Assembly (NCBI RefSeq): GCF_963853765.1 | Contig: NC_088857.1 | Span: 8,556,001 to 8,620,000, forward strand | Source: Magallana gigas | Lineage: Eukaryota | DNA length: 64,000 nucleotides | Direction of reading: 5' to 3' | In this document: piece by piece, positions 39,602 to 52,445 of the stretch | Layout: every line of letters starts with the position of its first letter | Position numbering within the stretch: position 1 is the stretch's first letter | Position numbers and translations under genes: made by a program | Notes under the pieces: model-generated | Told to the model about the DNA's origin: nothing | Seen by the model: the letters and a program-made list of their open reading frames with translations, nothing else | Databases searched by the model: none

Positions 39602-42600
39602 TTAAAGTTGCAAATCACCAACACTGGCGTTGGCCAAATACATATCTTTTTGACAAGTATTTTCCAGAGAAGCTTCTACTGTGAAAACCACCGTCTTTTG
39701 ATTTTCTTTTGTAATTTCTTTAATTTTGTGTGCTGGTTTTGCAAATTCTGCAACTGAATGGAACAGTTAATTTAGCACAAGATATATGATATATCATAAC
39801 AATAAGAAATGCCAATATAATTCACTTTTAAATCTGAATTATACCTTTAATAATTGATAATAAAAATAAAAAAGCAGATGCAATTTCAAATTCTTTTACA
39901 ATTCTTCGACTTGAACGATAAAGTGTCATCATATCATTTCATATACAACATAAGGAACATGGTATTGTAAAATTTGTTGTTGATGTAGTTTGTTATTGAA
40001 AGCCACCATCTTACCTTTTTCTTGAGCTTCATCACAAACTCGCAAGATACCAAACAATCTGAGTACTCCAAACATAAGTCCAGAAATCACAGCTGTCCAG
40101 ACAATTATGGCCATCAAGCCAATGCACTGCCAACCAAGGATCTTCATCAAAGAAGCAGAAATATGTATTAGATATGTGTCAGTCATTATAAACGCAAACA
40201 GATTATTATAAAGGATATCTTATTTTTTACAGTAAAGTCTTTATAGGCAACATGAGGGTCGTCCGTTAAATACTATGAGGTGAAAAGTGTAATGAGTAGA
40301 TGGAAAGCTGTCTGACGAGCAACATTTCAAAATCACTTACATATGCAGATTGAAGATTCCATGCATAAAATATTCCATACTTCTCATGAAAGAAAGCAAC
40401 TGCAATCAATCCCAAGCTGCCACCGCCAAAGTGGACTAAACGACAGAAATGGTGTATTTTAGGAAACAAAGTTGTAAAGATGATTTTGTTTGTTAGCCAA
40501 CATCGAAACCAATGCATAGCCAGTAAAATACCTGCAACAACATCCAGGGGATCATCAATACCGAGTCTGGTCAAGAGGAGAGAGTAGGCTGTGTATACAA
40601 TGATGGAAATCACACCAACAGCAATTGCGACATGTGTCGAATAATTATCATATCCAGTAGACACAGCAATCTATTCAATAAGTTTCAATACATTTTAAAA
40701 ATTCCAAAATATACAGACGCTAGCATAGTTTAAGGAGTATGTATAAGCAACGTAAAGTACATGTATATTGCCCTAATAACACAATGTTAACATTATTTTA
40801 ATCAGATTGCAAAGCATTCTTTGCAAAAAAATATATTATACATAAGTCCATGTAATAACCCACAAAGAAATCAATATTATAATAATTTTTGTTCGTCTAC
40901 ACTTGAAAAAAAAACCCAAAAAGTTGTTGCTAAGCTTGTATTTAAACGGACAGGATAATAATTCAGGTGATGGCTGGTAAACTTTTAAAACATTTTAAAA
41001 AATAAACCAGTTTTTAATTTTTTTTTAGATATCTTTTAAGTTAAACACTAAGCCACTTTTGTTGTTCTAGATTCATCTCTATTCCTATGAAAACCACATT
41101 CCCTCTAACTACCTTTTTTTATTCCTCCCTACTCCCGGGGATCATGATTTTAACTTGATTTTAGCTTTGATATATAAACCTGAAAATGACTTCACACAAG
41201 TTTAAGCTTCTCTACCTGAATAATTTTCAAAAAGAAGAGTGTTAAATAAAATCTATATTAATTCCTCTGTAAAAAAAAATAAATCCCATTGAGGTCGTAC
41301 TCTACCCCCCCCCCCCCCCCTTCCCTCCTCTCCGAGCTAGTAATTTTATCAAACTTAAACCTTAAGTACCTGAATATGCCTCCACATAATTTACAGCAAA
41401 TGTGTTTTGGAGAAAAAAAAATATCTCTGTATTCCTATGTAACAATCCACCTAACCCCCGGGAAAATCTGAATCTACACTACCTGATGATGTTTTCACAC
41501 AAGATGGATGTTTTCTGCTCTATCAGTTTTTGAGAAGGATTTTAAAGATTTTTCTTTAAAAAGTGCTATTCAAAATTTCGACCCCCACCACCCAATTGTG
41601 GCTCCAACCTTACCGCGGGGATCATGATTTCAACAAAAATTGTATCTACACTAAATGCGGATGCTTCAACATAAGTTACTGCATTACTGCAGCTTGCATT
41701 TAGAGCAAGTAGTGTATATTCATTTGTAAAAATTTGATTATATGGAACTTTAATCCACACAACCTGAAAATGTTTTTTGGGGGCAAATTGTTTTTGAGCA
41801 GTAGATTTTACTAACAATTTTTTTCTAATACTTCCTTATTATCCCCCTTTCAAAGTGCGCTTTTTATTTGACAAACTTATATCCACCTCACCCAAGGATG
41901 CTTTCTGCAAAGTTTTCTTGAAATTGGTTCTGGAGAAACCAAGAAAAACAAACATTTTAATTTTATTCTAATAAAACATATCCTGCTTTTCAATTAAAGT
42001 ACTTACCATTCCAGTTAACCCTCCATTGATGGCATTTAACGCACTCCGACCTGTTCCAAAATATCTATTATCACAATTAATCAGCAAGAGTAAACAAAAA
42101 CCGGCGAAGGAACCGGAAGTGAAAACATAGATAGTGGAATCCGCATCAAGATCTCCTTGGTAATTAATAACAAATAGCAATGGAGATTCCGAAATGATGG
42201 TCAAAAGTCCGATTGCCATAACCAATCCTCCCAAAAAAGCGATCTGTTAATTGAAATGAAACATCATTATATATTTTAACTTGACATTATATATATGTGT
42301 ATCTAAAAAGCACATTGACCACATTATTTATGTTCAACATATTAGTTAAAATATATATTGTTTTAGACTGGTGTATGCGTGCCACAATCTTCAAAAAAGT
42401 GTCATTTTAAAAAATAAACTAAATTAATGCCTTGCATTCTTGAAGAGTGAGTTTAAATTGTGCTCCATATTTTTTTCATAGTAAAAATACTATTGGAAAA
42501 CGCATCAATTTAAATCAACCAGAACTTGTAATAATGACCCACTTCAGATTAGCAATTTAATTTTGTATCCCGACAATTGAATGTTTTTAAGAAAATGATA

Positions 42601-45600
42601 GAAGTTCCATAACTCTATGATAAAGTTGTATATAGCATTTAAATATCGCACTAAGTGGTGACTAAAATATTACAACAGTTAAACACCAGGCCTCAGGATC
42701 ATGAAGCAGTCTTAGACTTTAGTTAAAATTGTATACTCTCTTGATGTCTCTAGATTGAAAACACTGACAAAACTGAAATGTTACTAAAATTGGCTGGATA
42801 TAAATTTGTTATTTACAAATTTTGATCGTCATTTTGTTATAAACAAAAATTTTATGGCTGACTGAAATTTTGTCTTAAGTCTGAAATTCCTTCATAATCC
42901 TGAGGCCAGTTTGTAGATATATATTGACGTATAATGGCGTCATGGTTTTTCTGTAATCTAACACTCTACACTACCCCTATGGATTGTTCCTTTATATATA
43001 GTGAATAATTTTGAACCTATATAACTGAGAGTCATATATTTCCAATGGCATGATTCATCTACAGTTTTCTTCTATTATAGTTATAATAAAAGTGATATAT
43101 GAATTCATTGAATATGTTCTAGTGTTTAAAATCTTTCGACTTCACCTAAAATTATTCCATTATTTGATTTACTTCGTAACTGCATGTACATTTCATCTTA
43201 TTTGCGTATTACAATCCATCTTTTTGCGTATTACAACTTGTATAATTATTAAATAGGTTATTATTTCATTATTTCGTAGAAAATTCAGGTGTAGGTATTA
43301 TGGTTTAACAATTAGAATGAAAAACATCAGTCAGCATGCTTAGTGAAAGATGTATACAAGGTCGTTGTATCGACCATAGAACGTAAGAAAAGATGACTTC
43401 AACCGAAACTGTAGATAGTCATGTTCCATCAATTTGTTTGTCATGATCAGTAGCTTGTCTCGTTTTAGAGCTTGCTCATACTAGAGCATGCCCTTGCGTA
43501 TCGAATTAACTGAGAGACAAAAAATCGATATGCAGGTGGTGAAGGTATATTGCTACATAAGTAAGAAAATTTGACTGTAGAAAAATTGCAGAGATCATGT
43601 TTATCATAAAGTTTTGTTGTTACATGTAGGTTACCATCAATATCCCTTTCCAGTAAAATATCCAAATATGAAACAGATGACGCTGACTGCTAGCAATGGG
43701 GCGCAATTAGTACCACGGGAAATCCAACAGATTGTTGGAATACCTGATTTCCAAAATCTACATTTATGTTGTCTATCAGAAACTCAGGCATCTTTTTTTG
43801 TTTATTTCAGAGTATTTGTGAGCAAAATTCGAATGATTTTCTACAAAATACTTTTGTAAATGACCAATGACAAGGTAAGTAAATTTACGTGATCAATTTT
43901 TATTGAACAACTATCCACTTCAGAGTACTTGTGTGAACATTCCAAATATTTTTTAATAAAACAGTTTTGTAAATGACCGATTATAAGGTAAGAAAATTTA
44001 TATGAAATTTTGTTTATTGAAAGAGCAGCTATCAATGATGAGAATTTTTTTTAAAAAAATGATCATCAGATAAATCATCAAGATTTAAACATTGACATTT
44101 CACGGTCTTCTTTTAGAAGAGTAGATAAAAGCAACAAATTGCGTCTTCACGTAAAGAAGCAATATTTAAAGCATCTAATTTTATCATGTTTGCGTAAACG
44201 AAATAACGTTCTTTCTGTGATCACATTAAGAAAGTGAGCAAAATGTATGGAAACGTTTATATCCTTATGAAATCTCTACTTATAGATTACAAATCGGGTA
44301 CGTGTAGGTGTATTTATAACACAAGTAGGTGTTTTAAATCTCATCCTCACGCGACGAAAAGCGATTATCGAAAACATTTAAGTATCTAAAACAAATGACG
44401 ACACGATATAGGACATGTTTGTTTAGATTGAGGATTCGATACCACTTAAATTTCAAATACTTTCTTTTTTCTTAATGTTTGTTAAGAAATTTTAACTAAT
44501 AGCGTGAATTTGTTCCATTGCAAAATTGTATCATAGAATTACAAATATTTTTCTAAAAACCTGATGAAAAACGAAAACATACCAAAATAAGGAATAGTCG
44601 TACTTAAGCTTTGACTTGTTTACCATATTTCTTATAATTTTACGGTTAAATGGCTTATACTTCCTCTTGAAATTTTAGACTTAGATCTGTTGAACTTAAA
44701 GCTGAAATGAATATATAAATTAACATGCTAAATATCTGTGTATGACATTTACAACATGAATAATCAATCAAGCTCAATCAATTTCCCTTTGAAAAAAAAA
44801 AGAAGAGAGGATCGTTGTGTACATGCATGTTTTGAATTTTAGTTTTGTAAATTGTTGTGTATATTTTGAAGAATTGTAGTGTTTTAAACCAATTCTTAGT
44901 TTTTTAAATTTCAGAATATAATGTGTTTAGTTTTGATATTTTTTGTTGGTTAGATATAATTTCATAAAATTAGCACTTTTGTTAAACCTGAGTGATATAT
45001 GTTACAACACATGCAATACTTGTATAAAATTGATATTCTGAAGCGTAAAATGGATAAAAATCATGAAAATCCCTTCAAATTGCTCTGCTTCTTATGCAAT
45101 ATTATTCAAACAAGACAATTATCATAATTTTTTTATTCTACAAAAATAATTATATATATTTAATAAAGTGTCTTTAGAACCATCAATGATGACGTCACTC
45201 GAATCGGTTTACCTTAGGTAAATTAACCAAGTAAGACCTGATAAATATTTAGAGTCCTGCTTTGGTGAGTGGTTATGATAAGTGTAATCGTCTAAAGAAT
45301 AACGTGATAAAACTCGCGCATTCCTTGCATAGGTTTGTTGACAGTATTTGACACATTATTAACATATATTTTTGTGAAAAAGTAGAATATTTATTTATAT
45401 TATATACTATATATATGTCTTCTTATCTAGATTGTATTATTGTATGATAAAGTACATTGTCGACTCGAATTTTGTCAACATTGACATTTACATCGTAATT
45501 TACATCGTCGACATTGTCGACGATGTAAATTAGATGTAAGAGGTACATGTTTGATATTAACACGATGTCGACTTGACTTCGATCGACACTGCAATGTCGA

Positions 45601-48423
45601 CGATGTAAAAAAGAAAGAAGAAGGCACACAATGTAGCCCAATGTGTCCAGCCACTGTTGGTCAACATCATGATGTCGAAAATGTTGACGATGTAAACAGG
45701 ATATAGGAGGTACGCTGCACATGCTAATTGTCGAGTCAATGTTGGTCAACACTGCGATGTAGACAATATCAATCAAACATCTTACATTGGACTTACCTCC
45801 TGTTTATTTACTTAACCACGATCACATCCAAGAAAAAGAACAATTTGTTGTGTTTCTTATTTAGCATAGATATAATTATCTGGTAACTTTGTTTTCAAGT
45901 CCTAACTTCTTAAAGAAAAAATTCTCTAAAGAAATATTCAATATTATTTTTCATTTTTCTTCAACCTTAGTAAATGAAACCCTTTTGTCTAGAATGCTTT
46001 CCACTACGTTTGTTGTTGGAATTTGTTCAGCGGTTCTTTAAAAGATAATAAGAATATAGTAAAAATATGAAAACTTTATGGGGACGGCGTTTATCTTTCT
46101 TAGCCATTTGGCTTAGATGAGTTACAAAGCAAAAATTAAGTATTACTCCTTTATTAATGTTTCACCGAATATCACCTTCAAAATATATTAATGATCTAAT
46201 TTATTTTCATTTTAGACAATAAAAATACGTTTTATAAATTAAATAACATACAATGAATTAAAACCTTCGATTAAAATATCAAAACATTTAATACCAATGA
46301 AAAAGCGTTCAAACTTTTGGACTTACTCGCGTTGAGTAGCAGCTTTCGGTGAAGTCTTTTTTAAGGGTGGGATCAAATCGACCGGTTCTAGGACCAATCA
46401 TCATGGCTCCCATAAGTGCTGCGATTCCTCCAATGACATGGACAGCCCCGCTACCGACATCATCCTGTACAAGTAATTTGGCACGAACTGTTATTGGTTT
46501 CATGCACGAGAGTATAAACTTATTTAGTATTAGAGTTGTTTTACCAGAACTGGTACCATTTGGTTCAGTCGAAAAGGTGTTATTTTCAAAACGCATCAAA
46601 AGAACTGATCCTTATGTTGCGAGTTCGAATCTTGATGGTGGATTTGTTTTTTTAGATTAGGAGTTCCGTTCGTTAGAAACCCTTACATTAACAATAAAAT
46701 GTTTTTTATGGATCCGAACTTAAAACAAGAGGCCCAGGGGCCACATCGCTCACCTGAGCAACACTTGCCTTAATTCTGATCAAATTAGCATCACAGTATC
46801 AAAATATCTTGACAACTAAGTACAGTAGATCTTGCTAAAAAAATAAAAAACCTTCCAATTTTTATCCAACTCTTTTTTTATGGTAAATACCAAGCCCCTT
46901 TTGTTGTTTTACCTGCAAGAAGATTTTTCTTTATTCCTATGTAAACCCCCCCCCCCCCATTTCGTTGCCCCAATTTTCTCTAAGGAATCATGGTTACATC
47001 AAACTTAAATCTGCATAACCTGTGCTTTCACACTAAGTACTGAATTTTGGACCGAAAACTTTCCCAGAATATTTTTAAAGATTGTCTCTATTAATTCCTA
47101 TGTAAAAATTCAAACCGCCATCATGGCCCCGCCATACCACTAGGGACTGGGATTTTGCAAACTTGAATTTATTTACACTACCCGAGGATGCATCTAAACA
47201 AGTTTAAGTTTTTCTGGTCAACTAGTCTTTAAAAAGAAGATTTTTAAAGATTTTCTCTACATATCTATGTAAAAATTCATCCCCCATTGTGGCCTCCCCC
47301 TACCCCTGGACTATTAATTAAACGAACAAATCTATACGATCTGGGGATGCTTCCACTCAAATTTGGGATTTCCTGGCCTAAAAGTTTTGAGAAGATTTTT
47401 AAAGATTTTTTCTATATATAAAAATTTATCCCCCAATTGTGGCCCCACCCTACCCCCGGGGACCATGATTTGAACAAACTTGAATTTACACTATCTGAGG
47501 ATGTTTCCACTTAAATTTGAGCTTTCCTGGCCTAAAAGTTTTTGAGAAGAAGATTTTAAAGATGTTTCCTATATATTCCTATGTAAAACATGATCCCCCT
47601 ATTGTGGCCCCACCCTTCCCCCGGGGACTATGATTTAAACAAATTTAAACTTGAATCTACACTACCTGAGGATGCTTCCACTCAAATTTGAGCTTTCCTG
47701 GCCAAATAGTTTTCGAGAAGATGATTTTTAAATATTTTCTCAATATATTCCTATGTAAAACTTGATCCCCCCATTGTGGCCCTATCCTACCCCCAGGGAC
47801 TATGATTTGAACAGACTTGAATCTACACTATCTAAGGATGCTTCCATTTTAATTTGAGCTTTCCTGGCCTAAAAGCTTTTGAGAAGAAGATTTTTAAAGA
47901 TATTCTCTATATATTCCTATGTAAAACATGATCCCCCTATTGGTGGCCCCACCCTTCCCCCGGGGACCATGATTTGGACAATCCTGAATCTATACTACCT
48001 GAAGATGCTTCTATTTTAATTTGAGCTTTTCTTGCCTAATAGTTTTTGAGAAGATTTTTAAAGATTTTCTCTATATATTCCTATGTAAAACTTGATCCTC
48101 CTTTTGTGGCCAAATCCTACCCACAGGGACCATGATTTGAATAAACTTGAATTTACACTACCTGAGGATACTTCCATTTTAATTTGAGCTTTCCTGGCCT
48201 AATATTTTTTGAGAAGAAGATTTTAAAAGATTTTCTCTATATATTCATATGTTAAACTTGATCCCCCTTTTGTGGCCCCTCCATACCCTTGGGGACCATG
48301 ATTTGAACAAACTTGCATCTACACTACCTGAGGATGCCTCCACACAAGTTAAAGCTTTTCAGGCCGCATAGTTTTTGAGATTTACCAACAAATTTTCAAT
48401 ATTTCTCAATTATCTCCCCTTCA

Positions 48424-48468
<45 letters not shown>

Positions 48469-48517
48469 ATAGTGGTGCTCTGTGATAAATTTAGTTGAAA
48501 TCTGCTTGGCGGTTCTT

Positions 48518-48548
<31 letters not shown>

Positions 48549-48585
48549 ACGACGACTACAACGACGACAACGACAGACAACGGAC

Positions 48586-48617
<32 letters not shown>

Positions 48618-51600
48618 TGGCTCAGGTGAGCTAAAAAAACCAACATAAAATTTTGTTTATGAAAGGAAAAACCAACTTTCATATTATAATAAGATTTCAA
48701 AGGGTTGTTGTTTTAACGTAAGAACATTGTTCCTTATATTTTGTTCAATAAGGAAATTTGAAACAAAACAGCAAATGGTGGGTTATATGGAAATTTAGCT
48801 TGTTTGATTAAGCGCTAGTTGTTGAATAATAATAACTCCTATNNNNNNNNNNNNNNNNNNNNNNNNNNNNNNNNNNNNNNNNNNNNNNNNNNNNNNNNNN
48901 NNNNNNNNNNNNNNNNNNNNNNNNNNNNNNNNNNNNNNNNNNNNNNNNNNNNNNNNNNNNNNNNNNNNNNTAAATATTACAAAACGGGGATATGTGATTG
49001 TTTATATATCATCATGACTTGTATTCATTGTTGTTTAATTACGTGAAAACCGATGCGAGCGTAGTCCAAAGTTGAATACTCGTCTCCATTGTATAACCAT
49101 CCCCTATTGTATAAGGTCCAGTGTCGAACAACGGGGTGGATCAAGCCTGCAAAAGTTTAATAAATACTGTCGTCATGTAGATCACACAAAAAAATGTTAT
49201 GTTAATCTTTTTTTTTCGTTTTAAATATATAATTAAATCCAATGACACGTGTATCCGAAAGATAGATTTATCTTTAAGCAATTATAATACTTTTTCATAG
49301 GTAGAATAATCAGATTTTGATCCAAACAGCATTTTGTTTTTCCATGTGATATATAATAGTGATTAGATGATAAATTTTTAGCGGGTTTGTTCGAGAATGT
49401 TTTATTTTTTTCCGATGAGTCAATTTTCAAATTTATGTTCTTGGGCTTAGTAAATATTGCATTCCGTTGGTAGCTTTTAAAAAGCAATAATGATTTAAAA
49501 AACAACGATGGTACAACATTTCCCTGGATGGTCAATGGGGGATTTTTACCTTTAAAAAAAATAAACATGGTAGTCACATACCTGTTATAAAGACAGTATA
49601 AACGAAGTGTGCAATAAACTTGCAGCGCTCCGCAACAGCACCAGACACAATTGATGCTGTCATTGATGCAAAAATGCACTGAAGAAGAATGTATTTGTAT
49701 GCAAGAATCTCGTCAGAAAAGTCCAATTTCATGCCAATGAACTTGTCTGCAGTTCCACCATCACTGAAGGCGAAGGCGTAACCAATAAGACAATAAACAA
49801 CTCCAGAGAGAACTAAAGAGGAGAAAAATTAAGTTACATGTTTTAAATGTGGCGGAAAATACAGAATTATTTTATTCGTTGTTTAAATTTAATAAAAAAG
49901 AAAGAACAATGCAAAGATAAAATCACAGCAAATCTTCACTGAAGTTACAGTAGACTAACTAAGATTGAAGACATGTCTGAGAAGTATTCTTTTTGTGTCT
50001 CCCAACCGGACTGCACCAACCTCACGTACAACGAATCCAATTTGGATAACTATAGAAAGACAAAACATCACATACAGATCAAATACTCTATACGATATAA
50101 ACGTGAAGTATATTCAAAATGATTCCATAAAGTTTAAGTTCTATTTTATTAAACTCAACTCATCAACTTCCTTCACATCTACAGAAAACAAACTGCATAA
50201 TGTACCTGTATATATAAAGTACTTTGAAAAAGTACTAGTATGAAGATCTGTCTTAAAAAACGATTAGATTTAAAGATCTTGGAAGGTATGCAAATGTCCG
50301 TACAAATTACATCTAGATTGTTGAATAAAGTGATATCTATTTCTCAATTTATACTCTTTAGGTAGTCTTAGTACTTTTCCGGGCATGTTTATCAAGTGTA
50401 AATATTCCCTATTTTTACGTTTCCTAGACATTGACCCGTGCGAGCACGGGTTGGCTTTGCATATCGGACATTTACGAAATAGGTACATCGACACACCTTA
50501 TTATTGACATTTACATAACAAAGCTAGAATTAAGCCTACAATAATGCTATTAATTTCACTACACTTTCCTTAGTTTGAATAATCTAACTGTGTTTCGGGA
50601 AAGGCCCTCACCACAGTTTGAATGCCTCCCTTATACCCGTAGTGTAGCAGAAAATTGCAAAATCGCTCCAAAACGAGAAAGTTAAGGAAGTTGCCTTGAA
50701 AATGACAGTCAAATTCATCACAACAAACCTTTTTGAGACTGCAAATACCTTTAAACAAAATTTTTTAATCCATTGAATGGAAGAATTCAACACCTTTTCA
50801 CCAACGTACACGTATTTTCTTTGTAAAACTGGGTCGTAGGATATTATTCATTTCTACGATAAAACATATTCTATTTTCACTCTCCTTACAAATATAATGT
50901 AACTTTTTTGCATGTTATCAAAGATTTTTTGTCATCACGAAGACAAAAGTAAGTACCTAGTTGAAATGTATATTTGTTATTTTATACTTTTTCTCATAAG
51001 AAATCATTAATATGGATAGCAAAAATCCAATGAAAATTTACACGTATTTGTATTATTACATGCAGATGTGATATTGTGGAAGCATAAACTAAAGATCCCG
51101 TTAGCGTGAATATATTACGCAAGCGCTAGATTGTAAAATCCAAAAAATCCAGGTGATTTCCGGTATTTTTAAAGAAATTTTCGCTGACAATAAGTTAGCG
51201 AAGCTTAACTGAGAAAAAATAAAAACAAATTGGTAATCATCAAGTACCAATGATGTTTAAAATATATAAAACAAAAGACAGTTTTCTTCCGATTTATTAA
51301 AGACCAAAAATTTGAGTCTATTATTTTAAAAAAGTAGTAGAGATGTGGGTTTCTCCAACCCTGGAATCCATCATTGCTTTATTCTGTTTTCTTCAGAACC
51401 AAATTAATGCGTTCACCTAATTTCCTTCTTTCGTTTGCTGCATAATAACCTGCTCCTAATACATGCATTTAGGCATTTGCAGTGTAATGAAATTTCAGAG
51501 AAAGCTTCACATATACACATTACATGAACACCTGTTATCACATGATCTCTATGATGCAAAGTGAAAATAATGTCAAAAACTTACAAATAAAGCCAATTAT

Positions 51601-51648
51601 AAAAGACCAAAATCCAGCTTCAGAACTAAAATTCCTAACGGACGTCAT
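39602..51648 (-). CDS. amt: Ammonium transporter (Amt family) paralogue A, divergent, 10 coding exons, 456 aa
   Basis: Exons: 51648-51585, 50049-49960, 49812-49582, 49146-49043, 46464-46327, 42243-42007, 40670-40532, 40435-40341, 40141-40015, 39747-39602. They sum to 1371 nt, all introns are GT-AG, phases are compatible and there is no internal stop. Amt motifs: QIGF..EVGAVR, SIVSGAVAER, HPVVRHW..GWL, GSGAVH.IGG...GPRTGRF, NGGLTGM, IDDPLDVVAVH. AATAAA at 39540-39535. An additional upstream exon is possible. Confidence 0.93.
40960..41945 (+). repeat. Degenerate Cg170-like satellite/Helentron remnant in Amt-A intron 6
   Basis: Decayed monomer motifs (TTGTGGCTCCAACC..GGGGATCATGATTT..TCTACACTA..GATGCTTC) and a 3' core (ATTATCCCCCTTT..CAAACTT..TCCACCTCACCCAAGGATGC) similar to 47280-48560. 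Confidence 0.7.
42690..42906. mobile_element. Harbinger-like MITE, 217 bp, CAG target-site duplication
   Basis: TIRs GCCTCAGGATCATGAAG and CTTCATAATCCTGAGGC (1 mismatch), with CAG immediately outside both ends. Confidence 0.8.
43297..43682 (-). mobile_element. Penelope-like retroelement RT C-terminal fragment (decayed)
   Basis: Translation SVSYLDILLERDIDGNL..TKLYDK..NF..V.F..LCSNIPSPPAY.FFVSQLIRYARAC...KLM..DY...RLKSSF..FYGRYNDLV matches the recalled RT-thumb region of mollusc Penelope-like elements. Frameshifted. Confidence 0.75.
45440..45770. repeat. GTCGAC/ACGATGTAAA-rich internally repetitive element with a 37-bp palindrome
   Basis: TAATTTACATCGTCGACA-T-TGTCGACGATGTAAATTA at 45496-45532, plus repeated TGTCGAC and GACGATGTAAA motifs in both orientations. 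Confidence 0.7.
46724..48637 (+). mobile_element. Non-autonomous Helentron (HINE-type) carrying a ~166-bp Cg170/HindIII-like satellite array
   Basis: 5' AACAAGAGGCCC with sub-TIR GCTCACCTGAGC (46748-46759). 3' hairpin GCTCACTTGAGCC-TTT-GGCTCAGGTGAGC (46748 partner at 48603-48631) then an A-run. ACAACG/ACG microsatellite at about 48546-48588. The monomer anchor TTGTGGCC recurs at 47287, 47437, 47602, 47774, 47940, 48104 and 48270 (spacing 150-172), with two decayed monomers upstream. AAGCTT at 47873. The family name is from recall of oyster literature. Confidence 0.85.
48843..48970. other. Assembly gap (128 N) in Amt-A intron 4
   Basis: Run of N read directly. Confidence 1.
50424..50451 (-). 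mobile_element. Helitron 3' terminus (hairpin + CTAG)
   Basis: The minus strand reads ACCCGTGC-TC-GCACGGGT-CAATGT-CTAG, the canonical hairpin a few nt upstream of CTAG. The next base is G rather than the usual T. The 5' end was not located. Confidence 0.6.
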
Positions 51649-52247
51649 ATTGTAATACTTGAAATAACGAATCAGAGTCCTACTATGTCTTAGTTGAACT
51701 TAAACAAGATTTTGCACCGTGTCGTCAAAGTGACAGCCAACTTCCTAGTTGAGTTCTTAAAAAGATATGTTAGTCGATGCAGGCCGTCAAGCGGTTTAAA
51801 TGCCTCAAATTACCTGGGGTTCTTTTTACATGTGTATTAAAATGTTAATGTTGTGCGGTTTCTATGTAACAAAAAGGTGTGCTGAAAAAATAATGAAAAT
51901 GGTTGTAAATGTTAATGTATCACTGATAAACACTTTATAAAATGTACATGTACACATACTTTTTACATGGAGAGCATCATTTAACGACAGCCTAAAGAAG
52001 AACATCCACAACAGAGAACTTACAACAGAGAGCACCATCGTTACCAGACGCCGATGGAGATAAAAAGGATAGGTTCTTTGAAATAGAAAATTCATCAAAA
52101 CGCCAGTCAATCACAAGAAAAGCTTTCAATTTCATTCCAAAGAACAAGATATATAGAGAATGACCAAGAACATCATGAAGAATACATGTAACAGAATAAC
52201 AAGGAAGCATTTAATCACTGAAGGGGATGGTTGGTTCGGCTGACTAT

Positions 52248-52445
52248 GCTCCGATTTCACAAAAAAAAAACAAAAGTCAAATCTCAGACTTAAGTCTGAG
52301 TTTTTTCTCAAATATTTGATTTTTTTTCTCAATCTTGAGAAAACTCAAATCTCTGCATTTCACAAAAAAATCTTAGTCGTGTTTTTTACTCAGTTTGAGA
52401 AAAATCTTAAGTTACCTCCATAGCAGACTTAAGTCAAATCTCAAA
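52248..52445. mobile_element. MITE fragment with GCTCCGATTTCACAAAAA terminus
   Basis: Internal palindrome CTCAGACTTAAGTCTGAG. Its terminal motif is the reverse complement of the end at 53674-53692. Confidence 0.5.

Noticed and set aside
48819-49046. ORF spanning Ns
   Set aside because: Artefact of the assembly gap.
50428-50481. Apparent plus-strand exon DIDPCEHG..., EGF-like start
   Set aside because: Better explained as the Helitron terminal hairpin + CTAG on the opposite strand; it lacks further Cys.
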